IMG/VR virus record: IMGVR_UViG_3300037963_003458
Reading direction: 5' to 3' (one strand)
From: an uncultured virus (IMG/VR IMGVR_UViG_3300037963_003458)
Lineage: Duplodnaviria > Heunggongvirae > Uroviricota > Caudoviricetes
DNA length: 20,000 bases
Below, piece after piece: positions 9,323 to 17,409 of this stretch. The notes beneath the pieces were generated by a model. It worked only from the letters and a program-made list of their open reading frames with translations, was not told where the DNA came from and searched no databases. Position numbers and translations under genes: made by a program. Position 1 is the stretch's first letter. Every line of letters starts with the position of its first letter.

Positions 9323-9449
9323 CTGCCGCTGCTTGTTTTTGTAAAAGCATTTCTGTAGTTTTTTGTTGATTTTCCACAGACATTGCCATAAAACGGAATA
9401 TGAAACCTGCAAGGCCTCCTCCTAACATTGAAATTAATTCCATGCTCAT
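9042..9449 (-). CDS. Putative holin-like multi-TM protein
   Basis: 135 aa with N-terminal amphipathic/TM segment, central TM after RR, and C-terminal AAVGFYLGGSS resembling the GFYFG ending of 3TM holins; lies between tail fibre and terminase. Confidence 0.55.
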   Translation of the reverse strand: MSMELISMLGGGLAGFIFRFMAMSVENQQKTTEMLLQKQAAADDSADRAAKRGTHLGRRVLVFTVLWVLAVAPFLGALLGIDTWVQTDRAPWDLFGIFTGGWVDLKGIIVLPELRAALLAAVGFYLGGSSIARGK

Positions 9450-9460
9450 GGATATAATCC

Positions 9461-9724
9461 TTATCTGGGCATTTCTTTTGCGATTGACATCATTCTATTA
9501 GTAGCCCATTCTCCTTGTTTGTCTACCTTTGAAATAATCATGTCTATATCTCGGTTAGTTTGAGCTACATCTTTTTGTTGTAAGCTTGCTAAACTATCTA
9601 TTCTTTTTGAATTCTCTGAAACCTTGTGGCTTATTTTCCACACAAAACCAACTAATCCCAGTAAAGCTGAGCCAACAAGCATCATTAGTAATTCAATTAT
9701 TCTTTCATCAGTAATGATTTCCAT
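9461..9724 (-). CDS. Small protein with N-terminal TM and coiled coil
   Basis: SD AGGAGG; TM LLMMLVGSALLGLVGFVW followed by heptad repeats. Confidence 0.75.
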   Translation of the reverse strand: MEIITDERIIELLMMLVGSALLGLVGFVWKISHKVSENSKRIDSLASLQQKDVAQTNRDIDMIISKVDKQGEWATNRMMSIAKEMPR

Positions 9725-9763
9725 CTCGCCTCCTAGTTGAATTCAGCTCTCTTTTAAATAAAG

Positions 9764-10339
9764 CTAACACACATCATTCCAATTAGCTAAAAGAATAGCT
9801 AAGTCTTCTCCATCTGTAACACCATCAGAGTTAAAATCACTAACTCCATCCAAACCCCAGTTTCCAAAAAACATTCCTAAGTCATTTCCATTTACACAAC
9901 CATCATTATTAAGATCTCCATAAGGATCTATAGTTACCGTATAAGACCAAGGAATAAGCGAAGGAGTACTAGTAAAAACATAAGACTTTAAAGCAAATGT
10001 TACTTTACCATTATCAGCGCATACTTCATAATATTCACCATTTTTAGAAATCGTATATTCACCAAAAGGGATTTTTACCCAATGTCTATATTTCACAAAC
10101 CTGTTCTGGTCCGTTAAATTTTCAAGAATTACTCTTCCGTCTGAATGAAATATATAGGCGTTCTCTTTTCTATTGTCCCAATAATCTACTTCAAGTCTGT
10201 AGTTTTCTTTTACTACGCCTCCAGTAGAGTGTACCCAACCAGAATCTTTATAATCACGATGAACATCAAAGGATTTTAAACGAGGAGGGCAACTTACATC
10301 TATAGCAGATAGCAAAGATAACATAATACCTAATTTCAT
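9764..10339 (-). CDS. Secreted protein with C-terminal dockerin-like (double EF-hand) domain
   Basis: Start revised to MKLGIMLSLL (ATG 10339, SD GGAGAG). C-terminus GDLNNDGCVNGNDLGMFFGNWG...SDFNSDGVTDGEDLAILLANW has two Ca-binding repeats. Confidence 0.8.
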   Translation of the reverse strand: MKLGIMLSLLSAIDVSCPPRLKSFDVHRDYKDSGWVHSTGGVVKENYRLEVDYWDNRKENAYIFHSDGRVILENLTDQNRFVKYRHWVKIPFGEYTISKNGEYYEVCADNGKVTFALKSYVFTSTPSLIPWSYTVTIDPYGDLNNDGCVNGNDLGMFFGNWGLDGVSDFNSDGVTDGEDLAILLANWNDVC

Positions 10340-10350
10340 ATTAACTCTCC

Positions 10351-10385
10351 AAAAGACGTTAGGGGACACAGCGGCCCCTAACGCC
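10351..10385 (-). terminator. Rho-independent terminator-like hairpin
   Basis: GGCGTTAGGGG-CCGCTGTGT-CCCCTAACGTC-TTTT. Confidence 0.75.
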
Positions 10386-10392
10386 ACTATGA

Positions 10393-10483
10393 TAAGCCCG
10401 ACGCTGCTACCCGAGGGCTAGCTGCACTGAATGGCGTAACCAAGTACGTCCGACTTCAGCTGCAACAGCAGCAAACGGTCCTA
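10393..10483 (-). ncRNA. Candidate structured RNA of unknown family
   Basis: GC-rich intergenic segment with nested helices: TAGGACCG/CGGGCTTA, TGCTGCTG/TAGCAGCG, TTGCA/TGCAG, CTGAA/TTCAG, CGTA/TACG, plus a small side hairpin CCCTCGGG. Confidence 0.45.
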
Positions 10484-10486
10484 AGG

Positions 10487-11698
10487 TTATTCTGTATATT
10501 TAACATTCCACACTAAATCAACACCAGAAGAGTTCGAGGTAGTTACAATAGTAATAGCTTCATCAGCTGATACACTAGTATTAGCCAATGAACTTTGAGC
10601 GCCGCTAGAGCTAGTAACACTAGCAGCTTTAACTACGTCTGTTCCAACCTTGAGAGTTGCTGTAACAGTACCTGAAGTCGTCTTAATAAAAAACCCAGTA
10701 ATAGTTCGAGCAGTAGCTGCAGCTGGATCAAGTGTATATGTTTTATTAGCCACTGTTTCAATATGTCCAGTGTAAGCGCCAACATTAGTAACACCTAAAG
10801 CAGTTCTAGCACTAGAAGCACTAGTAGATCCAGTACCTCCATCAGAAATAGCTAAAGCACCCGTAATATTACTAGCTCCTAAATCAACGGCTAATTCTGT
10901 TGATTCAATAACAAGTCCACCGTTAGCCTTTAAATCAGCCGAAACAGTAGCCGTATAGTTACCAGAAGTAGTATTAGTTTGGCTGATGTCTAAACCATCG
11001 CCAGCAGTAATATCTACTCCAGTCATGTCTCCAGAACTGCTTCCACTTCCAGCAGGTGGATCAATCCACTCATAGATAGGTGTACTAGCTGGGTTATATT
11101 GAAGAATTTTTGTAGAGCCTCCGCTTTGAGCAGGAATGTCTACTAGACTTTGAAAGGGAAGACCAGCTCCCGACTCGTATGTACCACCTTCAATTTTTAC
11201 TAAACGCTTATCTAGTTCTTGAACAGAGTTAAAAACCTGTCCAACAGCGTTGTTTAAAGATACGTGAGAAATTCTAGACCCCGGTGCAAACGTCTGTGAT
11301 TTATTGTTTATATCTTGTGCTCTAATAATACGAACTTTTGTACCTGAGTCATGCAAAGGTCTTGTGTAAGTTGTTCCACTAGAGTTAGTAACGGTTCCTA
11401 AAGAACCAGCTGCAGTTGCACTAGTAATAATTACTTGTTGTTGACTATCTTTAAATTCTACAACAGTGTTTCCACTGGCGTCTTGTAAAGGCAGTAAGTA
11501 AGGATCATACCAGTTATCAAAGGCTGTAGGATCTACAGTAGTTCCGTCCGTAAAAGTATCAAAATAAAACAAAACAATTAACTGAGAAGCAGCCGATCTT
11601 TCAGGATCAATTCCTGATATTGTGTTAAACAAATAACTATTAGACGCTGAATTTATTGAGTACTCTATTTCTGTGACTATATCTGAACTAATAGGCAT
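10487..11698 (-). CDS. Tail fibre protein (T7 gp17-type N-terminal adaptor)
   Basis: GTKVRIIR...TFAPGSRISHVSLNNAVGQVFNSVQE matches the gp17 N-domain pattern; fibre repeat LAISDGGTGSTSASSARTALGV. Confidence 0.85.
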   Translation of the reverse strand: MPISSDIVTEIEYSINSASNSYLFNTISGIDPERSAASQLIVLFYFDTFTDGTTVDPTAFDNWYDPYLLPLQDASGNTVVEFKDSQQQVIITSATAAGSLGTVTNSSGTTYTRPLHDSGTKVRIIRAQDINNKSQTFAPGSRISHVSLNNAVGQVFNSVQELDKRLVKIEGGTYESGAGLPFQSLVDIPAQSGGSTKILQYNPASTPIYEWIDPPAGSGSSSGDMTGVDITAGDGLDISQTNTTSGNYTATVSADLKANGGLVIESTELAVDLGASNITGALAISDGGTGSTSASSARTALGVTNVGAYTGHIETVANKTYTLDPAAATARTITGFFIKTTSGTVTATLKVGTDVVKAASVTSSSGAQSSLANTSVSADEAITIVTTSNSSGVDLVWNVKYTE

Positions 11699-11713
11699 AG
11701 TAATTCCTTTCTA

Positions 11714-11968
11714 CTAGTAAGTAGTATCAGAATCTAATACCACAGTTTTCATTGTGCTGTAAGCGGTTGAGCCAGTGTTATAAATCTGAGTTACTTCAAA
11801 AGGATAAATCTGACCAGCTACCATATTTTCTAAAGTAACTGTACCACCACCTATAAAATCTACCTTAAGATTACCAGCTCCGCCTACATAAATAGCATCA
11901 TAGTTAGTTACTGTAACGTTTCCACTACTATGATCGGCAGCCGCAGCTTTTACATATTTAGCTTTCAT
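11714..11968 (-). CDS. Head spike base protein (RcGTA Rcc01079-like)
   Basis: AIYVGGAGNLKV...VTLENMVAGQIYPFEVTQIYNTGSTA matches the remembered family pattern. Confidence 0.7.
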   Translation of the reverse strand: MKAKYVKAAAADHSSGNVTVTNYDAIYVGGAGNLKVDFIGGGTVTLENMVAGQIYPFEVTQIYNTGSTAYSTMKTVVLDSDTTY

Positions 11969-11983
11969 TTCTATTATTCCTTA

Positions 11984-13078
11984 TTATCTATGAAATATTC
12001 TAAATTCTATAATATCACCACTACCTAATGCAGAGCCTAAACTAGAACTAGCGTTTAAATATTTAGGCTGCGCCGATCCTGCTATAGGATCACCATAGGT
12101 TGTATAAGAACCAGTCGGCAAGACTCCACTAGCTTGTCTGTATTCAATCTTCCAACCGTTGCTACCTAAAATAAAATCGCCATTCTTAGATAAGTTAGTT
12201 GAATCACCTGCAAAAATAATAGCAGTATTTCCATCAGAGCCTGGGTTATCTTGTTTTAAAGCAATCACACCAGGGCTGATAATACTAGCTGTCATAAGAC
12301 TACCTTGACCATTTGTAGTATCGTTTATACAGTCTCTTAAAGATTGAGCAGTTTCCGCTGCCGTTCCGCTATTTTCAAATTGATTAGCTGCTATATTTTC
12401 AGTAGGCTTTGCTGCATATATTTTTTGTACATCTGTACCACTTGGGTTATAAGCCGTTATTAGAATCAAACAATCAGTTGTAATGCTGCCACTTATAGTT
12501 AATTGTGCAGTAGCAGTGCCTTCCCAGTAAGCATCACTTTCTGCGTTAGTATCAAACTCATAGTTAGTAGTAGTACCGTCTTCACTTGCATGACCAGTAG
12601 TTCCTGCATAGCCGCCATTCCAAAAACGGAATTTTGCGCCTTTATTGATAGCTACTCCAGAAGTTATACCGGGAGCAATTACTTGTTCTGACTCAGCACC
12701 TGTAGCAGTATAAGACGTAACAGCACTAGCTGTAGTCTGACCACTCATTGTAAATACAATGCGTTGTTGTAGATCACCTGGATTAGTTCCAAATACTTCG
12801 CCAGCAACACCGGGAATATCTCCGGCACTTTGTCCATCACCCTCAAGAGCTATTAAACTACTAGCAGTAGAAGAGTCCATAACTAAATTAGCCTCTACTG
12901 GAACAACGCTACCCGCTAAAATATTTTCAATTGTTTTTTGAGTAGCAGTGTCAAATCGATCAGTATACGTTAAATTACCAGCTCCGCCTACGTAAATAGC
13001 TGTATGTTTATCTAAAGGAGTATCAGATACAGCAGAAGCAGGCGTGATACTAAAAGCTTTAAAATATCTATCGCTCAT
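11984..13078 (-). CDS. Spike-base-domain protein with long beta-rich C-terminal extension
   Basis: Start revised to MSDRYFKAFSITP (ATG 13078, SD GGAGA). N-terminal ~78 aa contains AIYVGGAGNL...ENILAGSVVPVE...STASSLIAL. Confidence 0.7.
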   Translation of the reverse strand: MSDRYFKAFSITPASAVSDTPLDKHTAIYVGGAGNLTYTDRFDTATQKTIENILAGSVVPVEANLVMDSSTASSLIALEGDGQSAGDIPGVAGEVFGTNPGDLQQRIVFTMSGQTTASAVTSYTATGAESEQVIAPGITSGVAINKGAKFRFWNGGYAGTTGHASEDGTTTNYEFDTNAESDAYWEGTATAQLTISGSITTDCLILITAYNPSGTDVQKIYAAKPTENIAANQFENSGTAAETAQSLRDCINDTTNGQGSLMTASIISPGVIALKQDNPGSDGNTAIIFAGDSTNLSKNGDFILGSNGWKIEYRQASGVLPTGSYTTYGDPIAGSAQPKYLNASSSLGSALGSGDIIEFRIFHR

Positions 13079-13089
13079 ATTATCTCCAT

Positions 13090-13128
13090 AAAAGAAAACC
13101 CCCGACTCTCCCGAAGGAGAGCCGAAGG
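13090..13128 (-). terminator. Rho-independent terminator after tail tubular B
   Basis: 13-bp stem CCTTCGGCTCTCC-TTCG-GGAGAGTCGGGGG with C(UUCG)G tetraloop, then TTTTCTTTT. Confidence 0.85.
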
Positions 13129-13143
13129 CTAAAAGAGAGAACA

Positions 13144-16100
13144 CTAACGGACAAAGCCCGACGTTTTAGTCGTGAATTTGCCCTTGAGTTCTATTTGTGC
13201 AATATTCATTGGGTTAGGGTAATCAGAAACAATAAAGATATCTGTTTCTGCAGCATAACCCATTATCTTTGTAAACGACTCGCCATTCTTTTCATACAAA
13301 GGCAATGGAGAATCGTCCTCATCCCGAACATCAGAAGCTGAACTGGGATACTCGCTTAGCTCTTTGGGTGTAACCGTAAGAGCTGTTTTTCTTCTACCGC
13401 GTGTAGCTTTTTCTATTCTATAAGTACCTGTATTATGATGTTGTAAGTGAAGAGTTCGTAAAGACAAAACACCTTCTACAACATTATTACCCTCGTCTCT
13501 TACGTACTGAGGAGAAAGTTCAATAGTACTATTATAAGTTGTCCCAAAAATAAACGTTCTATAGTTAGAAGATGTCGTGTAGTTACCGTTTAACACTACA
13601 GTTAAAGTACCGTCCGTGTGTGCCAGTGATACTACAACATCACTGTCCCTGTTAGAACCTATAAGAATAGCTTCGCCATCTCGTTCTTCTAATTGGTTAG
13701 CAGTAGCAGCTATGTATAGATAGTCAGGAGCAGGGTTACCATACTTCTTAACTATAATTGTAGTATGACCCGTAGATGCATCATAAGTAATGCTTCCAAA
13801 CTGAGCCGCTAGTCCTTCAGGAACTACGACTTGATGGTCTAATCTAGGTATAGAGTTATCTTCTTCGTAAAACTTTTGATACTCTAAGAAGTAATTAAAC
13901 GTAGTGCTTCCTGTTGGCTGCTGTCTAAGAACAAGATAAATATCGTTATCGTAAGACTGAACTGACATAACATCTTGATCGTAAACATATCTATAGAAAG
14001 CGTTTTGAACTACATCTGCTCCTCTGTATCTATTAGTATAGATGTAAAGAAACTTCCTATTGTCTTTATCTATCATACACAAAGAATCGTATCCAGGTAC
14101 AACAGCTATGTCACCAAAAGTAGCTGGCAAATAGTTAGGACAATTAAGACTAACTTCAATAGCTTGGTTTACTGTAACAGTACTATCGTTAAAGTAAACA
14201 TAAGCTCTATTAGGAGCAAAGAAATAAATCTGAGATCCTAACAAAACTGGATTGACCAAAGGAGATGTAGAGTAAAAAGCTGTTGGACTTACTTCTGCAG
14301 TAAATGGAGTAATGTTATTTTCAGAACCTTTAAGAGTAAACTGAATGTCTGATCCTGTGTTAACAAACATACTAGACGCAAAAGGAGTCATTGACTCTAC
14401 TTCTGCGTACTTGTTAGTCGAAAGACGCACATCAATAGGATCTGTATCAGCAATGACACCGGGGTTTGAAACCCAGAAGTCAGAAAAGTCCCCGGTCCTA
14501 GAAGAAAATACTGTATCTCCTGCAGATAAAAATAAACGATCTCTAAAAAACGCCATGCTTTTAATTGGAATTTGTACACCATTTTTAAAAGCTTCAGGTC
14601 CTGTATTAGTTTTTAAGTTACCAGATCTACGTTCTTCTAAATCCATGTTTTGAACTATAAACTGTTCAATGCCACCGACAAAAGAATTTATCTTTATAAT
14701 CTTAGGAAATCGTTTTTCATCTAAAACAGAATACTCTTCTGGAGTTCTTACTAAACGAGTATAAGGTGTATTCTCTACATCTTTAACAATGTAATAACCG
14801 GGAACTTCGCCCGCAAAAGAATTCTGGACATAGTAAATTTTACCGTCACCGCTAGAATCTATATCAGAATACAAAGCAAGAAGAGTAGCAGGAATTTTAC
14901 CATGCATATTTACTGCTGGTTTATTTAATTTAGCAACCTTAGCGTCAGTACCAGCACCATCGCTTTCTGCTGTAGCCTCGTTAGATTTTGGAGGAAAGTT
15001 AAACTGAGAAAAATCTGATAACTGATTTCCTAAGTAACGTCTTTGAGCATCAGGATACTGCCAATCCTCTACTGGAATATACTTTGCAATAGGTCCTCCA
15101 TCATCTTCAGACCTTAATGTAAAGTAAGCATCAGCGCTAGTAGCTGTTTCAGCACTTGCGGGAGTAGACTCATTTGCAGTACCATCTCTTACACAAGTAA
15201 ATACTAAAACATTACTACCACCTTCAGCGTATGTGTTTTGTAAAACATTGTTGCCGTCTACAAAAGCAGCTAAAGAAGTAGGAAGAGACTTTCCTGTTGG
15301 ATTAAAAACACCTTTGATATCAAAAGCCGTACTAAAAGGAACACTGCTGCTATAAGCTGATTTAACTGCATCAGCAACAGCATGAACATCGTCGTTACTA
15401 GTACCTCCAGCTGTCCACTTAATAGCAGGTAGACCGCTATAAGTAGCAGCAACAGCGTCTGAGTCAGCTAAACTTAAAGACTTACCGCCAACACTTAGTC
15501 TAGTTAAACCAGTTCTAAAGTTGTTTCTAATAGTTGTTTCACCGCTCTCAAAAACTAAATAAACTTCTTCTTCACCATCAGTATCAGAGTTAACAGTATG
15601 ATCTACTACAAAACTGTGTACTTTGTTTTGTTTTAAAATGTTAGGTAAATCGTCTTGCGTAACAGTAAATTTATGATCACCGCTAGCTGCATCAGCTGTA
15701 GAAAAACTAACTGTACCTGTAAAGTCAATATCTTCAGAAAGATACGGATCTAAATCAACTGTACCATCTGCAGTTATGCTTGCAAATACTTGATCATTTT
15801 TTACATAGAATTTACCTTCAACGTAAACACTAGCTTGACCTTCAGTATCTACTGGAGTAGTAGTAAAGTAAGTTAATTTTCTACCTTTGATGTCTTCTTC
15901 ATAATCGTCAGTAGCTAGAGTATTAAACTCACCGTCTAAACCAATAGTACACCAAGCAGTTCCGCTGTTTTTACTAACACCGTCTAACTTATCACTGCCG
16001 CTAAAAGTTCTTTCTTTGCTAGTATAGCCAGCAAAAACACTGTTATTATTAATAAGCATCTGAGGACCTACCGTAATAGACGATAGAGAATCATCTGCCT

Positions 16101-16605
16101 TTTTTGTTGAGTCAGAACCTTTATATGTAAAATACTTAAAAAAGTCTGCTGTATTATGACCAGAAAGACCACATTCTAGAAAACCATCTTTGGTTACTCT
16201 AAAAATCTGCATATACTGTGCAAGCTCATCTGAAGTAGGGCTTCCTGCACTAGCTTCGCTTTTATAGTTTATTGCAATTAAGTAACGCTGATCTTCAGAA
16301 ATCTGAAACCAAAAAAACTTATAATCTGCCGTAGCTGATTTATCATGCAAGTCTAACTGAGAAGAGTTAGGAGATGCAGCATCTAGCGTGGTAAAAGCAG
16401 CGTCACTATATCTTTGAATAAAGTTAGTACCAGCTCTTTTTTCAGCAGATCTTTCTAAGGTAACTAAAATGTTATCTAAGTTTTGAGCCTCGTTAATAGC
16501 TCTCTTAGTAGGTGCTTGACGCCCTACTCCACCCGATAATGTAGGAATAGCTATTCTAGATTGATTGCCAGGATATCTAGCTCTTTTATCAAAAGTAGGC
16601 ATCAA
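13144..16605 (-). CDS. Tail tubular protein B / nozzle (T7 gp12-like), enlarged
   Basis: IPTLSGGVGRQ...SAEKRAGT, FFRDRLFLSAGDTVFSSRTGDFSDFW, DTDPIDV, PVLLGSQIYF; follows tail tubular A with ATGA overlap. Confidence 0.92.
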   Translation of the reverse strand: MMPTFDKRARYPGNQSRIAIPTLSGGVGRQAPTKRAINEAQNLDNILVTLERSAEKRAGTNFIQRYSDAAFTTLDAASPNSSQLDLHDKSATADYKFFWFQISEDQRYLIAINYKSEASAGSPTSDELAQYMQIFRVTKDGFLECGLSGHNTADFFKYFTYKGSDSTKKADDSLSSITVGPQMLINNNSVFAGYTSKERTFSGSDKLDGVSKNSGTAWCTIGLDGEFNTLATDDYEEDIKGRKLTYFTTTPVDTEGQASVYVEGKFYVKNDQVFASITADGTVDLDPYLSEDIDFTGTVSFSTADAASGDHKFTVTQDDLPNILKQNKVHSFVVDHTVNSDTDGEEEVYLVFESGETTIRNNFRTGLTRLSVGGKSLSLADSDAVAATYSGLPAIKWTAGGTSNDDVHAVADAVKSAYSSSVPFSTAFDIKGVFNPTGKSLPTSLAAFVDGNNVLQNTYAEGGSNVLVFTCVRDGTANESTPASAETATSADAYFTLRSEDDGGPIAKYIPVEDWQYPDAQRRYLGNQLSDFSQFNFPPKSNEATAESDGAGTDAKVAKLNKPAVNMHGKIPATLLALYSDIDSSGDGKIYYVQNSFAGEVPGYYIVKDVENTPYTRLVRTPEEYSVLDEKRFPKIIKINSFVGGIEQFIVQNMDLEERRSGNLKTNTGPEAFKNGVQIPIKSMAFFRDRLFLSAGDTVFSSRTGDFSDFWVSNPGVIADTDPIDVRLSTNKYAEVESMTPFASSMFVNTGSDIQFTLKGSENNITPFTAEVSPTAFYSTSPLVNPVLLGSQIYFFAPNRAYVYFNDSTVTVNQAIEVSLNCPNYLPATFGDIAVVPGYDSLCMIDKDNRKFLYIYTNRYRGADVVQNAFYRYVYDQDVMSVQSYDNDIYLVLRQQPTGSTTFNYFLEYQKFYEEDNSIPRLDHQVVVPEGLAAQFGSITYDASTGHTTIIVKKYGNPAPDYLYIAATANQLEERDGEAILIGSNRDSDVVVSLAHTDGTLTVVLNGNYTTSSNYRTFIFGTTYNSTIELSPQYVRDEGNNVVEGVLSLRTLHLQHHNTGTYRIEKATRGRRKTALTVTPKELSEYPSSASDVRDEDDSPLPLYEKNGESFTKIMGYAAETDIFIVSDYPNPMNIAQIELKGKFTTKTSGFVR

Positions 16606-17270
16606 TAACCTCCACCGCTGCCGCCGCTTCCTCTACGGCTTCTGTTATAATCGTAAGTTATTCTACGATCTACGGCTTTATTAGCTCCTTTATGTAAATC
16701 AAATAGATTATAACCTTTTGATCTTGTATCAGAGCCTTTAGATTTAGCTTGGTAATAAAGTTCTAGCTGAGCTAAATAGTTATCAACAGCTCCATCACCT
16801 TGCGTTAACATTTGATACTGACGAGCTGCTTGCGTAGCTATATTTTTTTGGATTGGAGTATCCATTTCTTCCCACGTAAGTTTTAAAATAATCTCAGCTG
16901 TATAAGTACCTGCTGGAAATCCAGTAGTGTTGTCAGTAAGATTTAAAAAAACTGGGTTAGTTGGCCATCCAGTGGTTGTTATTCTAGCGTAAGTTACATC
17001 TGGATGAGCAGCTTCTACTAAATCTAACATTTCTGCAGATAACACATTTTGACCTATAGCCAAAGCTGAGTTATCAGTAGCAGCTGTAAAATCTCTGACA
17101 GTTATGTTATTAGCTAATCCTCTAGCCTGCACATCTAAAACTTTTTGGTCTAAGATTTTTTCAGCAATTGTTGTATCTACACCATTAGATCCTTCTAAGT
17201 CATCTACTGGTGTTTCTCCTGAATAAAGGAGCATTTCATTAATAGCTTGGAGTTTTGAATAAGCTCCCAT
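16602..17270 (-). CDS. Tail tubular protein A (T7 gp11-like)
   Basis: KLQAINEMLLYSGETPVDDL and WEEMDTPIQKNIATQAARQYQ motifs; directly after capsid. Confidence 0.92.
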   Translation of the reverse strand: MGAYSKLQAINEMLLYSGETPVDDLEGSNGVDTTIAEKILDQKVLDVQARGLANNITVRDFTAATDNSALAIGQNVLSAEMLDLVEAAHPDVTYARITTTGWPTNPVFLNLTDNTTGFPAGTYTAEIILKLTWEEMDTPIQKNIATQAARQYQMLTQGDGAVDNYLAQLELYYQAKSKGSDTRSKGYNLFDLHKGANKAVDRRITYDYNRSRRGSGGSGGGY

Positions 17271-17296
17271 AATATTCTCCTAAAATATAAGATTGT

Positions 17297-17333
17297 AAAA
17301 GCCGATCTCTGAGGCGACCCCCAGAGACCGGGC
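17297..17333 (-). terminator. Post-capsid terminator (T-phi position)
   Basis: CCGGTCTCTGGGG-GTCG-CCTCAGAGATCGG then CTTTT. Confidence 0.8.
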
Positions 17334-17371
17334 GAGTGCGGATTTAGCGCCATTGATTACCGCTGGCGAGA

Positions 17372-17385
17372 CTGGATCACCTCCT
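17372..17385 (-). promoter_or_regulatory. 14-nt perfect complement of the 16S rRNA 3' end (extended Shine-Dalgarno)
   Basis: Minus strand AGGAGGTGATCCAG; plus strand CTGGATCACCTCCT equals the conserved 16S 3'-terminal sequence. Confidence 0.75.
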
Positions 17386-17409
17386 GTTAAAGAAGATAAT
17401 CAAAACCAT
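17377..17409 (-). CDS. Putative 10-aa peptide MVLIIFFNRR
   Basis: AAAGGA SD, 6 nt, then ATG GTT TTG ATT ATC TTC TTT AAC AGG AGG TGA. Confidence 0.45.
   Translation of the reverse strand: MVLIIFFNRR

Noticed and set aside
10340..10387. N-terminal extension of the 207-aa ORF
   Set aside because: Overlaps a terminator; ATG 10339 has an SD and begins a signal-like peptide.
13079..13144. N-terminal extension of the 386-aa ORF
   Set aside because: Runs through a terminator; ATG 13078 has a good SD.
17372..17385. 16S rRNA gene fragment
   Set aside because: Identity is limited to about 14 nt and the flanks are not rRNA; treated as an SD-type element.
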